From the NCBI GenBank assembly GCA_012295275.1, contig CM022678.1:2480001-2544000 (forward strand): 64,000 bases of DNA, in the 5' to 3' direction. The translations under genes and the position numbers were made by a program. The notes beneath the pieces are model-generated. The model did no database searches, was not told the origin of the DNA, and worked only from the letters and a program-made list of their open reading frames with translations. Position 1 is the first letter of the stretch; each line of letters starts with the position of its first letter. Below are positions 1-13,427 of the stretch, piece by piece. This DNA comes from Chrysomallon squamiferum (taxonomy: Eukaryota > Animalia > Mollusca).

Positions 1-194
1 TGACAATACTGTATAATGAGTACTAATATTTGAATTTACCTGTATTGTATAATATGTACCTATGGCTTCCAGGTAAATCTTTGGCTTGGCCTATGAATTT
101 ACCTGTGTTATATTTATAGGTGTGGGTTACAGGTAAAATTGTATAACCTGTTCAGCACTGTTACACCTGTACAGGTATTGTTTTGTTCACACAG

Positions 195-364
195 GTACAC
201 GTGAAGTCTTGAGGAAGGAAGACTTCAGCATGAAGGGACAGCTGACCTGCGAGTTCAAGTTTGCAACGTTTTCCTGCAGGCAACGTCAACAACACCAGCA
301 AGACAGCGAGGCGAAAGACTACTCACTTCAAATCCTGGAAGCTCTTGAACCAGCTGTCTGTCTG
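195..364 (+). pseudogene. EXOSC6: Isolated duplicate of an EXOSC6/MTR3 (RNase PH-like exosome subunit) internal exon
   Basis: Acceptor ttcacacag| at 194, donor ctg|gtgagt at 365. Encodes REVLRKEDFSMKGQLTCEFKFATFS...LQILEALEPAVCL, which resembles the EXOSC6 segment GRLLCDFRRAPF...LQEALEPAVRL. Near-identical to 59979-60148 and shares its 5-bp deletion at the exon start (gtaca-cgtg vs gtacaggccacgtg). Confidence 0.8.
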
Positions 365-699
365 GTGAGTGTGTATGTCTGTCTGTCTGGTGAGTGTATG
401 TCTCTGTCTGTCTGGTGAGTTTGTATGTCTCTGTCTGTCTGGTTAGTTTATATGTGTGTCTCTCTGTCTGGTGAGTTTTTATGTCTCTGTCTCTCTGTTT
501 ATTATAATTTATAAACTAATATATAATTTAACCATAATCATAAAAACAGTAATCGTACAATAATCTAAAAAATAATGATGACAGAAACTCAAAACAAAAT
601 AAATTGACCATTTTGTTGCACACTTTACTTTATGAATTTTCTTTTTTCACTGAGAAAAACTGATGCATTTGTTATTATTTGTGTCCACACTAAATAAAA

Positions 700-1194
700 A
701 CTAAAAATACAAGTCTAAATGATTTCCTCTGCTTTAAAGTAGTTGTATTACAGGTTTGTTCTTCCATTCGTGCTGAATACTTTGTTTCAGTTGATCAATG
801 GTCCTAGGTTGATTAGCATAAACTGCACTTTTGAGAACTCCCCATAGAAAGAAATCAGGTGTTGTCAGATCCAGGGATCTTGCAAGTAATTCTGAAGTAA
901 TAATGAAGATACATTCGTTTAAATCTAAAGTTCTTCGCTGCATTTTTAAGAGTGAGGGTACCATTTCAAGTCAAACCATGGAGAGTCCAGTAGCGCATGC
1001 TAAAACAGAAGTCTCGATCACAAAGAACACTACAATCAGGTAACAAAAATCATTCCAAAGACTACTACTGACAGAAGTAAATTAATAGTACAAAAGATAA
1101 CATAAAATGACGTAAAATATGGAATTAAATTTGTTATTTTTAATATCTAATTTTATTTAAGTTTGTAGTTCGGTTAATTTTGGGACACCCTGTA
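700..1194 (-). mobile_element. Tc1/mariner transposon remnant
   Basis: ORF 734-964(-) contains DLTTPDFFLWGVLKSAVYANQPRTIDQLKQSIQHEW, the SPDLxPxDFxLWGxLK C-terminal catalytic motif. One terminus reads ta-cagggtgtcccaaaa on the minus strand at about 1178-1194. The second TIR was not found. Confidence 0.75.
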
Positions 1195-1866
1195 TATTAG
1201 TTCTAACTAATAAATAAATAAATTTGAATTTTTTCCCTTAAATGATAGTTTCAAAATAAATTATTATCATTTCATTTTTAGTCAAAGAAAATGCTCTGTT
1301 TCTGTTAAAACCAATTTATTCTTTGTTTACAGATTGTCCAATGAGATGACTCGTGGTTACAGTAATTAGTAAAACAAAAACCTGTCAATCAAAATCTTTG
1401 ACATGGGAGGTAGAAGGAAAAGCTCATCTGTTGACCTAGGTCAGTCCACTGCAGAGCTTGAAGTAGTGAGTAGTGATGTAGTAGGACAGAACACAGTGTG
1501 CAGTTAAGTGTGAAAACAGTGTCTACTGAAGTAGTATCAACTTTGTCAGTCTGTCTGTCTCTCTTTCATTGCTCTCTTCATATTATTAAAAACTAAAATT
1601 ACTTCCTCAGTATCAAAGCAATACTACTTCTACTAGTATTACTGTTCTACTATTAATACGATATGTTTATAATTTGGTTTCAGTAATAATTTTGGTTTTT
1701 GTTTATTTTATCAAATCATTTACATGTGTACTGTGACAGTAGCTCGTTCGGTGTTGGACGAGTTGCCTCCCTTCATCTGTTTGTTTATTATTATATTCGT
1801 TTATTGAATTTTTAATCTTCCTTAAATTTTATTTTGATTTACTTTTAATGGATTACTGTTATCATT

Positions 1867-1901
<35 letters not shown>

Positions 1902-2152
1902 TATTATTATTATTCCTTTCTTGTAGTAAGGATAATCTCTATTTACTTATTTTATTTTTATTTACTAGTACTATTATTACTATCATCATAATCATCATCA
2001 TTATTATTCCTTTGTTGATAATCTCCCTTTAATTATTTTAGATTTTACTACTATTATTAACTACTACTACTACTACTCCCAGTACTATTACTACTACTGC
2101 TACTACTACTACTACTATTATTACTACTACTACTACTACTACTACTATTAAT

Positions 2153-2184
<32 letters not shown>

Positions 2185-2188
2185 TTAT

Positions 2189-2230
<42 letters not shown>

Positions 2231-2245
2231 AGTTTCTATATTTAG

Positions 2246-2503
2246 ATTGAACTTCGGCGACAAGACCAGTCACTCGCCAGACAGCTTCTCGGCATTAGAC
2301 GTGACCTGTCACAACTCAGACTGAGTCGAAGCTGCGAGAGGCACCAGGACATGCTGGATGATGCGCAGTGGGAAATGGAGGAATTTCAGCAACTGTCAAG
2401 AGTGCTCGATATTCCGTGCTACAGCTGTCTGTCTCCAGATCCTCTTAAACATATCGGTGTAACAAAACTGAACATCAGCACAAGGCGATTTTCAACGTGT
2501 TAG
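2246..2503 (+). CDS. FAM167-family protein, terminal coding exon (upstream exons not seen in window)
   Basis: Not in the ORF track. Acceptor tatatttag| at 2245, phase 0, open for 85 codons: IELRRQDQSLARQLLGIRRDLSQLRLSRSCERHQDMLDDAQWEMEE...PLKHIGVTKLNISTRRFSTC*. This matches the FAM167 C-terminal signature (EMRLQDQQLARQL...[20 protein letters not shown]). Confidence 0.85.
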   Translation: MELRRQDQSLARQLLGIRRDLSQLRLSRSCERHQDMLDDAQWEMEEFQQLSRVLDIPCYSCLSPDPLKHIGVTKLNISTRRFSTC

Positions 2504-2610
2504 TTTTAAATATCTTATTTTAATATTTATTTGATTTTGCTTCATTCTATTTTATTTTATTTTATTTATTTTTTTGGTTACCATTTATTTTATTTATTTT
2601 TTATTTATAA

Positions 2611-2647
<37 letters not shown>

Positions 2648-3274
2648 TATTTATTTTTTGTGACAACATTGTTAAATAATTCAATGAACAAAAGGATCAA
2701 TGAAAACGATGTTTGTTGTGTGAAATGGAGGAAAATATAAACTAATCAAAAAGTTACAAACAATGAAATGTTAACAAAATAATAATAAAATGTTCTAGAT
2801 CTGTTGACATTAATTCTAGATGTAGATATTTCTCTCATTACATCTGATTTTCTAGTTCAGTTCATGCTAGAAACAAACATGGTTTTCAAAGACTTGGAAA
2901 TTAAAACAACTGGAAAATGTGATCCTGACTTTGTATACTGATGTAGATATTAATACTATTTTAGACTGTATTTCAGTTACATCAACAACATACACATAAT
3001 ACATTTCAACAAAGATATTGAATATTTATTTATTAATTTACGCATAACAATGATAACGGCATAAATGTAATAAAGTTTAATAAAAACAATATTGAATATT
3101 TGTGTATTGATTTACATTTAATAATGAAAACAGCATAAATGTCCCTGTATGTGAGTGAGTGCTTGTCTGTGGATATATAAATTTTATGATTTGGTTTGGT
3201 GTCAAGTCTGATGAAGTGAAATTAGAAGAAAACAACTAAAGATTTCATCTTTATCAAAAATGTATCATATTTTG

Positions 3275-3305
<31 letters not shown>

Positions 3306-5043
3306 TTATTTTTTCAAATCCTTTGGCTGCTTGTGGTATCACAGTGATCAGTCTAGGTGAATTTAATGATGTTTCCATTTTATCAAGATAGGTTTTCCCC
3401 AATCATTTGTTAGTGAAATACTGAGTGAAGAATGTACTGTTTAATATAATTTTAAAAAACGTAACAAAAACAAAGAAGTAAGAGAAAATAGAGTGGGTAT
3501 TTTTGAAACAAAGGTAAAGAATATATTTATATATATATATACATATACGCACAAAATGAAGATAATTAGTGATGTTAAAAGATTCTATAGTTGTGCATAT
3601 TTTTATTTCATTAAATTGAAAAAAAAAAATTCTATTGCCTTAGGAGATTCATTTTATATTACTTCTTTGTTATTGAGTTTTCAATACAGTGTTATTATTT
3701 TAATACACACACACACACTCGCACATAACTATGTCACGTGACAAATAACAAATTTGGGAGATTGAAATGAAATGGTTATTTTATTATGGACCAGTTTTCA
3801 ATTCTTATATTTTCTTTTTATTGATAATGTTTATTTTTTTATTTTTTTATTGTAGTAAGTATTTGTTTTTTTTCCAAGAAACTAAAACTAAAATCATTAG
3901 ATTATACATGTACATAGACAGACACATACACAAACACAGCAAGAGAGTATGTATGTATGTATATCTTTTTTCTATCATCTATGTATATATGTTTCTGTGG
4001 ACGAAACAGCTGTGATGTTGTCTGTGATGTTAGCAGAAATTTCTGAATTCTCTTTTTTGTCATCCATATTGGCTGAGCTGTAACAAAAAACATAAGGACT
4101 AATTTTTGATATAAGGAAGAAAAGAAATGTTTTTGTTAACTCATTTTATATCAGGTTAGAGATAACAAAGAGAGAGAGAGAGAGAGAGTTTAATTTTAAA
4201 CATTATTTACATATTTTTAGGAATATTCAGAAAACAAAAGAAGAAATCCACCGCTATAACTTCAGTCTACTCCTTTTTGTTAACAACAAGTGATAATTCA
4301 TTTACACCTACCCACAGACAGTACATACAATTCATATATCACTTGCTGAGCACTGCTAATATGAAAACAGCTCAGACTGCATTTTGTTCTATAAATATAT
4401 TATTGAAAGTATTTTAAATAATGAAATGAGAATTGCTTTAATAAATGCCCTCATTTTGTAAATTGTTAGATTGTTTTATAAAAATAGTCATGAAAACATA
4501 ATACTCACAACACTGCTAATGTGAAAACTTAATATTGTTGTAAGTAATTACTCTTACATCATATTAGAATCAGTTCATTCAAAATATTTTGTAATAATTA
4601 ACTCCAGTAATTAACAGAATACATTTACAGGATACTTTTAACGTAGACTACTAGATTATGTCTATAATTATCACTAAAAAGTTATATTAAGATATGCAAT
4701 AAATATAATAACAGAATAGTAACAACTAAGTTGTATTATTAGTTTTGTCATTTGCATTAAATTGTATTAACGTAATAAATATAAAAATAATATCGGAATA
4801 GTTTTAATTATACTCTTACTATAATAACTTATGTGATCTAAATGATAGAAATGAAAACATCACTAATTTACAACTGGAGAAAATTTAAGCACTGAGATAA
4901 TGAGTAAACGTGACAAGTAATTACAACTTTGTGATGATTAACAACAGAATGATGTTCCATATTCCTCAATGACAGTTAAGTGCATCATGTTTTTCTCAGA
5001 CATTTTCAATACACTCACATAAAAACCATTAATATTTAACTTA

Positions 5044-5677
5044 CCGTATATACTTGTGTACAAGGCGACCTTATGTATAAGTCGATGTGTATTTTAAGAC
5101 CAAAAATTGCGTCATTTTAGGTATTACTTGTGTATAAGTCGACTGTAGATTCCAGGCACCGTCACTATTTTTAGACCAGTGTGACAGTGCCATGAAGGCC
5201 TACATTGTACGCCTACTATAACATAACTTGCACGAACATACCATAATACCGTCAATGCATGTATTACACGAGCTATAGCCTGAGTTTTGTTTATGAAATT
5301 AGGACCGATATTTAGTGCAATTTGGCAGAGAAGTTTGCATTCCTAGATCATTGCAAGACGCCGTGAGGCATAACGCCGTATTGACGGTTTTCTCGCTTTA
5401 AAATGTATAGTTATGTCATTAAACGGAAGAATATCATGTTTTACATTCATATTTGGTTTTGTTATTTATTTTTTCAAAAATTTGTATACGATAAAATTAT
5501 ATTTTTGAAAAGCTGAAAGACCGCGATTATTTTAGATGCATCTCGTAGCAAAAAATAGTCAAAATGGCGACTCTTCAGCAACAGCTACAACGGCATTACC
5601 TATGTATAAGTCGACCCCCCCAAATATTACCTTAATACAGTCTCCCAAAAATTCGACTTATACACAAGTATATACGG
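5044..5677. mobile_element. Non-autonomous pogo/Tigger-type MITE, 634 bp
   Basis: TIRs ccgtatatacttgtgtacaaggcga / tcgacttatacacaagtatatacgg, flanked by TA on both sides (5042-43, 5678-79). Subterminal repeats of tgtataagtcga at about 5074, 5130 and 5603. No ORF. Confidence 0.88.
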
Positions 5678-6361
5678 TACTTTTAGCATCACTAATGCGC
5701 ATGTGCTAAGCATCCAGGCACCATGGCAATTTCCGTGAATTAAGATAAGGTTACATTTTCTGTGAGTATATTTGTATTTTAATCAGGACGCAAAGTTTAT
5801 ATTGCTTCTTGCTTTCTTTCGAATTATTTTATTTTATTTTATTCTGTTGAGGAAAATTAACAAAAATAAAATTAAAATGATGAATATGTCTGGAATGCAG
5901 TTACTCGTTAACGCCCCCTCATATCAAGTACAATAATTTATTTCATAGAACAGTTCATATACCTGTTTATTTCAGTTGTTATTATTATTATATTTATTAT
6001 TATTATTATTTTATTTTATTTTATTTTATTGTATTTTGTATATAAACAGACATTAAAAACAGTGATCAGTCTAGGTCAATTTATCCATTTTATCGAGATA
6101 GGTTTTCCTCGATCATTTGTTAGTGAAATGCTGAGTGAAGCATGTACTGTTTAATATAATTTAAAACCCCTATGAAGATGAGAATTTGTTCCTTTTTTTT
6201 TTTAAATTTCCATTGTATGAAATAAAAATATTCTCCTTCATTTTACAACGTAGACCATCCATTTATTGTTGTTGTTGTTGTTAATTTTGTTTTGTTATTG
6301 TTGTTGTTGATAGTATTGTTATTGTTGTTTTTAGTTTATTGTTGTTGTTAGTTGTTGTTGC

Positions 6362-6404
<43 letters not shown>

Positions 6405-6710
6405 AATATACATGAGAGAGAAGAGTGCGTTTGTCTATAACTATTTCACCAATTCACACACAATTGCACATGTCTAAGTCACGTGACAAATAACACAAAT
6501 ATAGCAGATTGAAATGAAAAGGTTATTTTATTATGGACCAGTTTCCAATTCTTACATTTTCTTTTTATTGATAAAATTATTATTTTTACTTCTAATAAAT
6601 ATTTGTTTAATGTCAGTAAAATTCAAAATAAAATCATTAGTTAAAAACTAATATGATTACACATACACAGAGACAAGCAGACAGGCAGACAGACAGACAG
6701 ATATATATAT

Positions 6711-6766
<56 letters not shown>

Positions 6767-7318
6767 TTGTTTGTCTCTGTTTTTCTGTGTATATAGCCAT
6801 TTATACTGTGCTATTAATAGTACATACTCTGGATGATCGTACAGTAACTGATGAGGTCAGAGTATCACGCACTTGTCTCCTTATACTTTAACACAAATCT
6901 AAATCATATTGCCTATAATCACATAATGATTATTTGATAAACATCCTTGTTTACCGTCTGGTAGCGTAGCAGCTGCAAACATAAATTAGGAACAGTACCG
7001 GCATTTGCTTCTAAGTCACTAAACGCGCATGCGCTTAAAGCATTCATTCAACGTGGCGAAGTTAATCAGTACTGGGTTTCCAAATTTATAAGATGACGTT
7101 ACATTTTTCTGTGAGTATATTTGTATTTTAAGCAGAATGTAAAGTTTATATTTTTTCTTTCATTCTTTCTAACTATTTTATTTTATTTTATTCTGTTACG
7201 GAAATATTAACAAAAATAAAAAATAATGAATATGTCTGAAATATGTTAACGCCCCCATATCAAGCAGAATATATATATTTTTTTTCCCCATAAGACAGTT
7301 CATATACTTGTTTGTTTC

Positions 7319-7372
<54 letters not shown>

Positions 7373-7841
7373 GATTGTGATTATCATCTTCATCATTATT
7401 ATTATTAGTATTAATATTAGTATTATTATTGTGATTATTATCATTGTTATTATTATTATTATTATTAATATGATTATTATTATTGTTATTGTTGTTGTTG
7501 TTGTTGATGTAGTTTTTACCTGATTATATTATGCGTTATTTATAAGCGAGATGAACGGACGCTATAAAGAAGATCATAAAACCAATTAATTCGTTACAGC
7601 AAACCCCATTGTGTGTGCGTGTATATATGTATGTGAGTGTGTACACACACACACTCACACACACACACACACTTCTGCGTTTTAGCGATCTGCGCAAACA
7701 AATGTTTTGTTCTCGCTTGATTCTGTCGTAAAATAGTCTACAGAATTTCCCTGATTCCGACTGAGTTTACGAACTGTTGCTGCACACAGCGTAAAAGTTT
7801 AAATAATTACAAAAAAAAGAAGAGATTAGAACAATCCCTTC

Positions 7842-7851
7842 GGGATTCCCC
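7842..7851 (+). promoter_or_regulatory. kappaB-like site GGGATTCCCC upstream of IAP copy 1
   Basis: Matches the Rel/NF-kB consensus. Homologous positions carry GGGGATTTCC at 18043-18052 and 27641-27650, and its reverse complement at 49161-49170. Confidence 0.4.
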
Positions 7852-8176
7852 AAATCTATTTTTAGCACTTCAAACGTACTAGAGCATTCCATATTCTCCT
7901 GAAACTTCTCGAAAAATAAATAATAAATGAATAAAAACCATCCTAAAGGTTTAAACTTCGTCATATTTACTGTATGCACAACAGATAACATTCGAAATAG
8001 TAATGGTAAGGTTTCTTTGATTTTTTGAAAAAAGTCTAAAATATTTACAGGTTTGTGCATTTGAATTTTAATTCATTATTGTTTTATATTATTATTATTG
8101 CTATTATCACTACTACTACTACTGCTACTACTATTACTACTACTACTACTATTATTGCTACTATTACTACTACTAC

Positions 8177-8234
<58 letters not shown>

Positions 8235-8543
8235 AAAAATAAAGGTAACTTGAATAAAACAAATTAGAATTAATATATTATAATATAAATAAAGTAATAA
8301 ATAAAAAATAAATGTAATAATACTGATGATGATGATCATCATCATCATCATAATATGAGATCATAACAACAACAATACGTTATGTTCAATTTATTATTAC
8401 TGTTATTAATTATATCAGTATCAGTATTATTTTGATAGGTTTTTTTTAAATTTATTTATTTATTTTATTCCACTATTATTTCAAAAATAGTAATGATCAC
8501 GAATGTGATAATGATAATAATGGGAAATAAACAGAGAGAACGG

Positions 8544-8723
8544 GTGACTGATTTATACAGTCTCGCGTCTGTTTGATGACTGTGACTCAACTTTGTTATC
8601 TGCTATTTAATTATTCACTGAAGCGAGGCTAACAGGAAACGCGTGACTCTGATTTATACAGTCTCGAGTCTGTTTGATGACTGTGACTCAACTTTGTTAT
8701 CTGGTATTTAATTATTCACTGAA
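8544..8723 (+). repeat. About 80-bp direct duplication, each copy with an AP-1-like TGACTCA
   Basis: gatttatacagtctcg.gtctgtttgatgactgtgactcaactttgttatctg.tatttaattattcactgaa occurs twice. The homologous upstream regions at about 18945-19000 and 28585-28640 have a single copy. Confidence 0.75.
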
Positions 8724-9615
8724 CATGTAATGAAACACTCAAAAAGTAAACAAGAAAACACAAAAACGTCGTACCTGTTTCGATATAAAAAGACGAAAAC
8801 GAGAGCAGAAGATATTATTTAACACCACATCGCATTGAAAGAAACGTTCTTCAGATGTTTTACTATTTTTTTTTTTTTTAGATAAAACCGGAATTTCCAA
8901 ACGTTCTATTTATAGATTCTCACACATATCTATACACACATACCTACTCACATATATCTACTCACACAATGGTTATTTTTAAAGACATACACATTTAATG
9001 GGATTACTTTTAATTATAAACTTTTACAAAAATGTATCAGTATATAAGACTACATGGACACTGTTATGTATTCAAAGTATAGTATATTACAACATATATA
9101 AATATAGATACCTGTGTGCCTAAGTGTGTGGGTATTCAGAGAATGTTGATTCAGTGGTAAGGCATGAGAGCGGTCTCTTTTCCGGCTCACCTCTGCTTTT
9201 CACTGCACATTAAGGTTAATCTCGTTAATCGCCCCCACTGTTTTTCACACGTCTCATTATCCCCATGCGTCTAAATTGGCCTTAATTGCTCGCGCCAATT
9301 TTCCGATTTCTGGACAGCACAATAGAACACCTCACTGCTTACTTACCGGTGGGCGAGTGAGACATCATCATACGAATCATGTGATGTGTCATGAGAATTA
9401 TTTAACATTCGAAAGTAACCTGAAATCATTCAGTGTTGAACGAGCCAGTAATGAAACAGCGCGGAATTTGTCTGATTCTGCTCTCCTTTCGTAAAGGTCG
9501 GAGTCGTTTCGTATTTTATTTCAACTTCTTGATCGAGGTACGTGCATAAAAAATGTTGTTGTGCTATGATTTTATTTCCAATATTTTTAATAATCTGATG
9601 ATGATGATGATGATG

Positions 9616-9682
<67 letters not shown>

Positions 9683-10296
9683 TGCTAATATTTTTAATAA
9701 TTATATTATCATCATCACCACTACTACAACTATACTACAAATTCCATTACTAAAGTACTACAATTATTACTATGTTTACTGCTACTACTACTATTGCTAC
9801 ACTTACTACTACTACTGCTACTACTATTACTATTAGTACTACTACTACCACTACTACTATTGCTACTACTATAATTATTTTTATTACCACTGCTACATCT
9901 AGTACTACTAGCGATGTTATTACTATTACTAATGGTACTAGTGATGCTGCTACTACTACTACTACTACTACTACTACTATTACTACTGTTGCTGCTGCTG
10001 CTGTTTGAGTCTAATTAAATAGTTCTTTATCTAGTCCTTCTTGAACTGAACTAAAATAAAATTTAACATTTTTCAATTTTATTTCTTTATTTCTTTATTC
10101 ATTCATTTTTACCTTACTCAGAAAAAAACCCTTTAAAAGACTAAAGTAAATAAATAAATAAATAAATAAATAAATTTAAGATTACAAAATAAATGTTTTT
10201 ATTTAATACCTCTACACAGTGCTGTACAATCTTATACTTTAATTTATTATACTTAATTTTATTATTGTATTTTACAATTAATCGTTACTTCATTAA

Positions 10297-10378
10297 TTAC
10301 GTCACAGCAGACATTGTAAACAGAACAACTCAGACAGAGCTTTACGTAGTTCGTAACGAAGTCGATTTCGTGACGTCA
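10297..10378 (+). promoter_or_regulatory. CRE/bZIP-site module in the putative first intron of IAP copy 1
   Basis: TTACGTCA (10297), TTACGTAG (10342) and TGACGTCA (10371) are clustered in otherwise CpG-poor DNA. Putative 5' exon donor gag|gtacgt at 9538, acceptor at 10743/10749. Confidence 0.55.
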
Positions 10379-10775
10379 TGGATTTTTTTTATGTTCATTT
10401 TATTATTAGCTTTTTGAAAACCATATGCAATTTATTACATATAGTAACATTTACTAAACATTGCTATAAAATAATATTTTTGCATTGCCTTTTTATACAT
10501 CTTATAATCTTAATAATAGAGATATGGATACGTACGTACCTGTTAATCTACAAATTTATTCATACATTCATACACAAAGACACACACACACACACTAACA
10601 CACACACACACTGTATAATGTACGACACACAGAGTTTCTGTTGAGATGTCTGTAAAGATTCATTCATTTAGTATCATAAATTCGAATAATTTTTTAGAAA
10701 TATTTCTAATACTCCTTGTTCATGTAAACTGTTTCATTTCCAGTTTCAGGTGTTAAAACCAAACAAAAAACTGTG

Positions 10776-11792
10776 ATGGCAGAAGCCAGTGATTTCTCTT
10801 CTCCTTCAGTAAACAGCGTCACAGAAGCAGACAAAATAAAACTGCGGTATGCTACATACAGAGGTTGGAATGGGGAAAAGTCTGCTCTCCAGCTAGCTAT
10901 AGCCGGATTTCTGTATACTGGTAACGGTGACAAAGTGAAATGTGAAACTTGTGGCGTGCAAGTAGACAAGTGGTTGCCGTCATACGACGTCATTGAAACA
11001 CATCGCAAACACTCTCCGAACTGCAATTACATTAATAAGTGGTTTGGCGGGAAAAACCAGACGACATCTGAAGGTGGTAGAAGCGAAGCTGAGTCGCTAA
11101 TTCCTCCGAAATACCCGTTATACGAGACCTACCAGACCAGGCTAGACAGTTACTTTGGGTGGCCTCTAAAATACGCACACCAAAGTCCCTCATCCATGGC
11201 GGCAGAGGGTTTTTTCTACTTGGGATCTGCGGACAGAGCAAGATGTTTCCAGTGTGGTATCACTCTACGAGACTGGGACGAGGATGATTTTCCACTGGAA
11301 GCCCACGTCACGTGGTCTCCCGACTGCCAGTTTGCTCGACAAAGACAAGAACAAACCAGACGCGGAGTGACATCAAGTAGTGATGAGAAAAACCCAGAAA
11401 GCAACACAATATCTAACTCAGCTGATAAAAACAAAAACAAAGAACAACATTCTGAAAGGACAACTGAAAATACCTTTGATGCGCTATGTAATGGAGGAAA
11501 TACGAACACAAACCAATCCTGTATGGAAGTTAGAACCGACACTAGTGTAACTAATAACGAAACACACACTGAAGGCGCAGTCGGGGGCGTAGTTAACGAT
11601 GATGACGTCATGTCGGGTGTGCGTAGAACGATGGTAGACGCTGTGTTAGAGTTTGGATGCAGTATGGAAAGTGTAAGGAAGGCAATTCAGCTACAGAGAC
11701 AGAGAACTGGGAATAATTTTCCTGATGCAGGGTCGTTGTATGCAGCCGTTCTAGACATTGAAGAATCAGAGACTAGTCAATTAAATAATTAA
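10776..11792 (+). CDS. Inhibitor of apoptosis protein copy 1: BIR-BIR-UBA, no RING (338 aa)
   Basis: Two C-x2-C-x16-H-x6-C BIR motifs (CETC...HRKHSPNC; CFQC...HVTWSPDC) preceded by AGFLY/EGFFY. The C-terminal VDAVLEFGCSMESVRKAIQLQRQRTGNNFPDAGSLYAAVLDIEE resembles the cIAP/XIAP UBA domain. Single coding exon. Confidence 0.93.
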   Translation: MAEASDFSSPSVNSVTEADKIKLRYATYRGWNGEKSALQLAIAGFLYTGNGDKVKCETCGVQVDKWLPSYDVIETHRKHSPNCNYINKWFGGKNQTTSEGGRSEAESLIPPKYPLYETYQTRLDSYFGWPLKYAHQSPSSMAAEGFFYLGSADRARCFQCGITLRDWDEDDFPLEAHVTWSPDCQFARQRQEQTRRGVTSSSDEKNPESNTISNSADKNKNKEQHSERTTENTFDALCNGGNTNTNQSCMEVRTDTSVTNNETHTEGAVGGVVNDDDVMSGVRRTMVDAVLEFGCSMESVRKAIQLQRQRTGNNFPDAGSLYAAVLDIEESETSQLNN

Positions 11793-13427
11793 TTAATAAA
11801 GTTATTTATTTATTTATTTATTTTCTTTACTGTGTTAAAACATGTTGTTACATTATTTAATATAAAGTGAAGTGTATATATATATATAGCTATTTATTTA
11901 TGTAATAAAAATTATTTTCGTAATTTGTTTCTATTTCTTCTTATTCTTCTTATCATTATTATTATTATTATTATTTGTTCCGCTTGGTTGTTACATTATT
12001 TAATATAAAGTGAAATGTACAAAAATGCCTGAGAGACTGAGTATCCGACAGTAATATTTTATTCTGTCTGGTTACACAACATGAAACAAGTTGTTGTTGA
12101 AAACAATTCCTTTTACAAACAACAGTTAACAAACGTGTATAACAAGTGTTTTACTTTTACCTTTGTAAACCATTGCCAACATCCACTCATAAGTTATTCT
12201 TTTACTAACAATACAATTAAGAAAAAAGAAAGAAAGAAAGAAAGAAAAAAAAATGATCGTATTTTCTCGTGTTGACAGTTACAGATAATCAAGTTTTACC
12301 GCACGTTACTAATTTTTATCTGCAGAAAGAAATCTTTTATCAGAGTCTTCGGAAAACTGAAACATGCCTGCCATTACTTTTCAGTTGTTCCTTTTCTGGA
12401 ACTAGAAATGTGAGAATTGGACCTCGGAGAAGGATTGATCCTGTGTGAGTCCGCATGTCAGTCGAGATACCAAAACTGATCTGCAGTCAGCACAGAAGTG
12501 TAGATAAATAATAAATTGTTTAAACTTGTTTATATTTTTATACCATCCCATAGTTAACATCACCAGAAACAGTATCGTGAATAATGTCAATAATAATAAT
12601 AATAGTTATAATAATAATAGTTATAATAATAATAATGATAATAATAATCATAATAGTAACAAAAACAACATGTCTGTGTATAAATGAATAAATTAATAAA
12701 TAAATGAATACAGTCAAATGGTTTATCAACAGATTTTTATTACAAATAATTATAAACAAAATAAAATGAATATCACTGATAAAATCAAATTAGAACTTTT
12801 CACATCACATTTAATATTTCATTAATATATATATATATATATATGTACACACACAGACACACACAAACATAAATACAAACATAAACACATTATATAAATA
12901 TATATGTATATGTCTATGTATATGTAAATGTATATATTACATGACCTGTTTCTTTACAATTTAATAAAAACGTTTTACGAGAGTAACAAATAAATAACAG
13001 ACGATTCTTGACACAGAATTATTTTTTAATATTTGTTTTATTTATTTATTTTTTATTTTAAATCAGGTTTTAAATTTATATCTTAACAACATTGTAATCT
13101 GAAAGCCATAAACGCCTGTTTCAACAAAGAACACCAAAATCAGCATTTTAGTAAGAAAAAAAGATTTAATAGTAATAAAAAAATATAGTGATAGTAAACA
13201 AACAAACAAAAAATACCAATAATAACATAATACCAAAACACCCAAAAGAATTATCCGAATAATCTGCAATAATCTCTACTCTTTATAATAAATAAGATGA
13301 ATACAGTCCACTGAAAGTAACATTATACACTGACTGACTGAATGTATACACAATGTTACTGCGAAAACAATGCAGTCAAAAGGGACGCATCGACTCGAGT
13401 CCTTGTCCCAGTGTAACTGTCACAGAT

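Noticed and set aside
1333-1510. Possible extra exon after tttacag
   Set aside because: Early stops, no recognisable product and no clear donor.
9150-9360. About 200-bp segment unique to the IAP1 promoter, considered as a tRNA-derived SINE
   Set aside because: No convincing A/B boxes, tail or target-site duplication.
7196-10008. Low-complexity ORFs (poly-I/L/N/T/Y, ERER, CVCV) here and throughout the window
   Set aside because: Translations of (AAT)n, (ACT)n, (GA)n and (CA)n microsatellites.
10706-11611. Antisense ORFs over the IAP copies (also 20241-21179, 30830-31535, 43741-44082)
   Set aside because: Shadow frames of the real coding strand, repeated only because the gene is duplicated.
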